Shown here piece by piece: positions 60,801 through 64,000 of a DNA stretch of 64,000 nt. Numbering within the stretch: the stretch's first letter is position 1; each line of letters opens with the position of its first letter. The position numbers were made by a program, and so were the translations under genes. Source of the stretch: Squalus acanthias (lineage: Eukaryota); assembly GCA_030390025.1 (NCBI GenBank), contig JASTWF010000277.1, positions 186,001 to 250,000 on the forward strand, read 5' to 3'. The notes under the pieces were generated by a model. The model saw only the letters and a program-made list of their open reading frames with translations. It searched no databases and had not been told where the DNA came from.

Positions 60801-63800
60801 GCCTCGGTCTGTGAATGGATCTGTCTGTGTCTGTGAATTGAGCTGTCTGGGTCTGTGAATGGAGCTGTCTGAGTCTGTAAATGGAGCTCTCTGGGTCTGT
60901 GAATGGAGCTGTCTGGGTCTGTGAATGGTGCTGTCTGGGTCTGTGAATTGAGCAGTCTGGGACTCTGAATGGAGCTGTCTGGGTCTGTGAATGGTGCTGT
61001 CTGGGTCTGTGAATAGAGCTGTCTGTGTCTATTAATAAGTTGTCTGGGTCTGTGAAATGTGCTGTCTGTGTCAGTGAAAGGAGCTGTCTGGGCCTGTGAA
61101 TGGAACTGCCTGTGTCTGTGAATGGAGCTGTCTGGGTCTGTGAAATGAGCTGTCTGAATCTGTGAAATGAGTTGTCTGAATCTGTGAATGGAGCTGTCTG
61201 GATCTGTGAAATGTGCTGTCTGGGTCTGTGAATGGAACTGTCTGAGTCTGTGAATGGAGTTGTCTGGGTCTGTGATTGAAGCTGACTGAGTCTGTGAAAT
61301 GAGTTGTCTGATCTGTGAATGGTGATGTCTGGATCTGTGAATGGAGATGTCTCGGTCTGTGATTGGAGCTGTCTGGGTCTGTGACTGGAGCTGTCTGGGT
61401 CTGTGAATGGAGCTGTCTGGGTTGGTGAATGGAGCTGTCTGGGTCTGTGACTGGAGCTGTCTGGCTCTGTGAATGGATCTGTCTGAGTCTGTCAATGGAT
61501 CTGTCTGAGTATGTCAATGGATCTGTCTGGGTCTGTGAATGGAGCTGTCTGGATCTGTGAAATGATCTTTCGGCGTCTGTGAATGGAGCTGTCTTGGTCT
61601 GTGAATGGAACTGTCTGCGTCTGTGGAAGGAGCTGTCTTGGTCAGTGAATGCGTCTGTGAATGGAGCTGTCTGGGTCTGTGAATGGAGCTATCAGAGTCT
61701 GTGAATGGAGCTGTCTGGGTCTGTGAAATGAGCTATCTGGGTCTGTGAAATGATCTGTCTGGTTCTGTGAAATGAACATTCTGAGTCTGTTAATGGAGCT
61801 GCCTGGGTCTGTGAATTGAGCTGTCCGAGTCTGTGAATGGAGCTGTCTGGGTCTGTGAATGGAGCTGCATGGGTCTGTGAATGGAGCTGTCTGTGTCATG
61901 AATGGAGCTGTCTGGGTCTGTGAATGGAGCTGTCTGGGTCTGTGAATGAAGCTGTCTGGGTCTGTGAAAGAAGCTGTCTGGGTCTGTGAAAGGAGCTGTC
62001 TTGGTCTTTGAATGGAGCTGCCTGGGTTTGTGAATGGAGTTGTCTGGGTCTGTGAATGGAGCTGTCTGAGTCTGTAAATTGAGCTGTCTATGTCTGTAAA
62101 TGCAGCTGTCTGGGTCTGTAAATGGAGCTGTCTGGGTTTGTGAATGGAGTTGTCTGGGTCTGTGAATGGAGCTGAGTCTGTGAATGGATCTGTCTTGGTC
62201 TGTGAATGGAGCTGTCTGGATCTGTGAAATGAACTTTCGGAGTCTGTGAATTAAACTGTCTGGGTCTGTGAATGGAACTGTCTGTGTCTGTGAATGGTTT
62301 TATCTAGTTCTCTGAAATGAAATTTCTGAGTCTGTGAATGGAGCTGTCTGAATCTGTGAATGAATCTAACAACAGAAAACGCTGGAAAACTCTGCAGGCC
62401 AGGCACAATCCGTGGAGAGAGAAACAGAGTTAACGTTTCTGGTCGAAGGCCTATCGTCAATGGAGCTGTCTGGGTCTGTAAATGGAGCTGTTTTGGTCGA
62501 TGAAAGGAGCTGTCTGTGTCTTTGAATGGAGCTGTCTGGATCTGTGAAATGTGCTGTCTGGGTCTTTTAATGAAGCTGTCTGAGTCTGTGAATGGAACTG
62601 TCTGGGTCTGTAAATGGAGCTGTCTGGGTCTGGAAATGGAGCTGTCTGAGTCTGTGAATGGAGCTGTCTGGGTCTGTGAATGGAGCTGCATGGGTCTGTG
62701 AATGGAGCTGTCTGTGTCATGAATGGAGCTGTCTGGGTCTGTGAATGGAGCTGTCTGGGTCTGTGAATGGAGCTGTCTGGGTCTGTGAAAGAAGCTGTCT
62801 GGGTCTGTGAAAGGAGCTGTCTTGGTCTTTGAATGGAGCTGCCTGGGTTTGTGAATGGAGTTGTCTGGGTCTGTGAATGGAACTGTCTGAGTCTGTAAAT
62901 TCAGCTGTCTGGGTCTGTGAATGGAGCTGTCTATGTCTGTGAATGGAGCTGCGAGAGTCTGTAAACGGAGCTGTCTGGGTCTATGAATGGAGCTGTCTGT
63001 GTCTCTGAATGGAGCTGTCTATGTCTGTAAATGCAGCTGTCTGGGTCTGTAAATGGAGCTGTCTGGGTTTGTGAATGGAGTTGTCAGGTTCTGTGAATGG
63101 AGCTGAGTCTGTGAATGGATCTGTCTTGGTCTGTGAATGGAGCTGTCTGGATCTGTGAAATGAACTTTCGGAGTCTGTGAATTAAGCTGTCTGGGTCTGT
63201 GAATGGAACTGTCTGTTTGTGAATGGTTTTATCTAGTTCTCTGAAATGAAATTTCTGAATCTGTGAATGGAGCTGTCTGAATCTGTGAATGAATCTAACA
63301 ACAGAAAACGCTGGAAAACTCTGCAGGCCAGGCACAATCCGTGGAGATAGAAACAGAGTTTACCATTCAGGTCGAAGAACTATCTTCAATGGAGCTGTCT
63401 GGGTCAGTAAATGGAGCTGTCTTGGTCGATGAAATGAGCTGTCTGTGTCTTTGAATGGAGCTGTCTGGATCTGTGAAATGTGCTGTCTGGGTCTTTTAAT
63501 GAAGCTGTCTGAGTCTGTGAATGGAACTGTCTTGATCTGTGAATGGAGCCGTCTGGGTCTGTAAATGGAGCTGTCTGGGTCTGGAAATGGAGCTGTCTGA
63601 GTCGGTGAATGGAGCTGTCTGTGTCTGTGAATGGAGCTGTCTGGGTCTGTGAATGGAGCTGTCTTTGTCTGTGAATGGAGCTCCGAGAGTCTGTAAATGG
63701 AGCTGTCTGGGTCTGTGAATGGAACTGCGTGAGTCTGTAAATGGAGCTGTCTGGGTCTCTGAATGGAGCTGACTGTGTCTGTGAATTGAGCTGCCAGAGT

Positions 63801-64000
63801 CTGTAAAGGGAACTGTCTGGGTCTCTGAATAGAGCTGTCTGTGTCTGTGAATTGAGCTGCCAGAGTCTGTAAATGCAGTTGTCTGGGTCTGTGAATAGAG
63901 CTGTCTGAGTCTGTAAATGGAGCTGTCTGGGTCTGTAAATGGAGCTGTCTGTGTCTGTGAATGGAGCTGCCAGAGTCTGTAAATGGAGCTGTCTCAGTCT
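57800..64000. repeat. 22-bp AGCT-rich minisatellite (GAATGGAGCTGTCTGGGTCTGT)n, running off the window end
   Basis: Roughly 280 units; includes a 2006-bp higher-order duplication. Confidence 0.97.

Noticed and set aside
1-64000. CRISPR array or prokaryotic system
   Set aside because: All arrays are head-to-tail repeats without unique spacers, there are no cas-like ORFs, and the context is vertebrate

Overview
Eukaryotic, repeat-dense DNA, almost certainly from a cartilaginous fish (shark-type IgM constant exons, CR1 LINEs with SGNH-esterase ORF1, DeuSINE/V-SINE-type elements). Most listed ORFs are artefacts of tandem repeats or antisense LINE frames. Host-gene sequence: two minus-strand IgM heavy-chain constant exons (Cmu2 55911-56219, Cmu3 53497-53805), each with an in-frame TGA and Cmu2 with a broken acceptor, i.e. 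an IgM pseudo-cluster whose Cmu1, Cmu4 and TM exons are not seen; two decayed tRNA genes near 10.2 kb; and a possible decayed ZU5-domain gene at 37.8-38.2 kb. The rest is LINEs (one full-length CR1 with intact ORF1, two near-identical young CR1 copies in opposite orientation) and at least eight tandem arrays. Most notable are a 68-bp tandem array of same-orientation CTCF motifs downstream of the IgM exons, a >6 kb AGCT-rich 22-bp array upstream of Cmu2 resembling a switch region, and a 38-bp minisatellite derived from CR1 coding sequence. All calls are by eye without database searches; boundaries of decayed elements are approximate.
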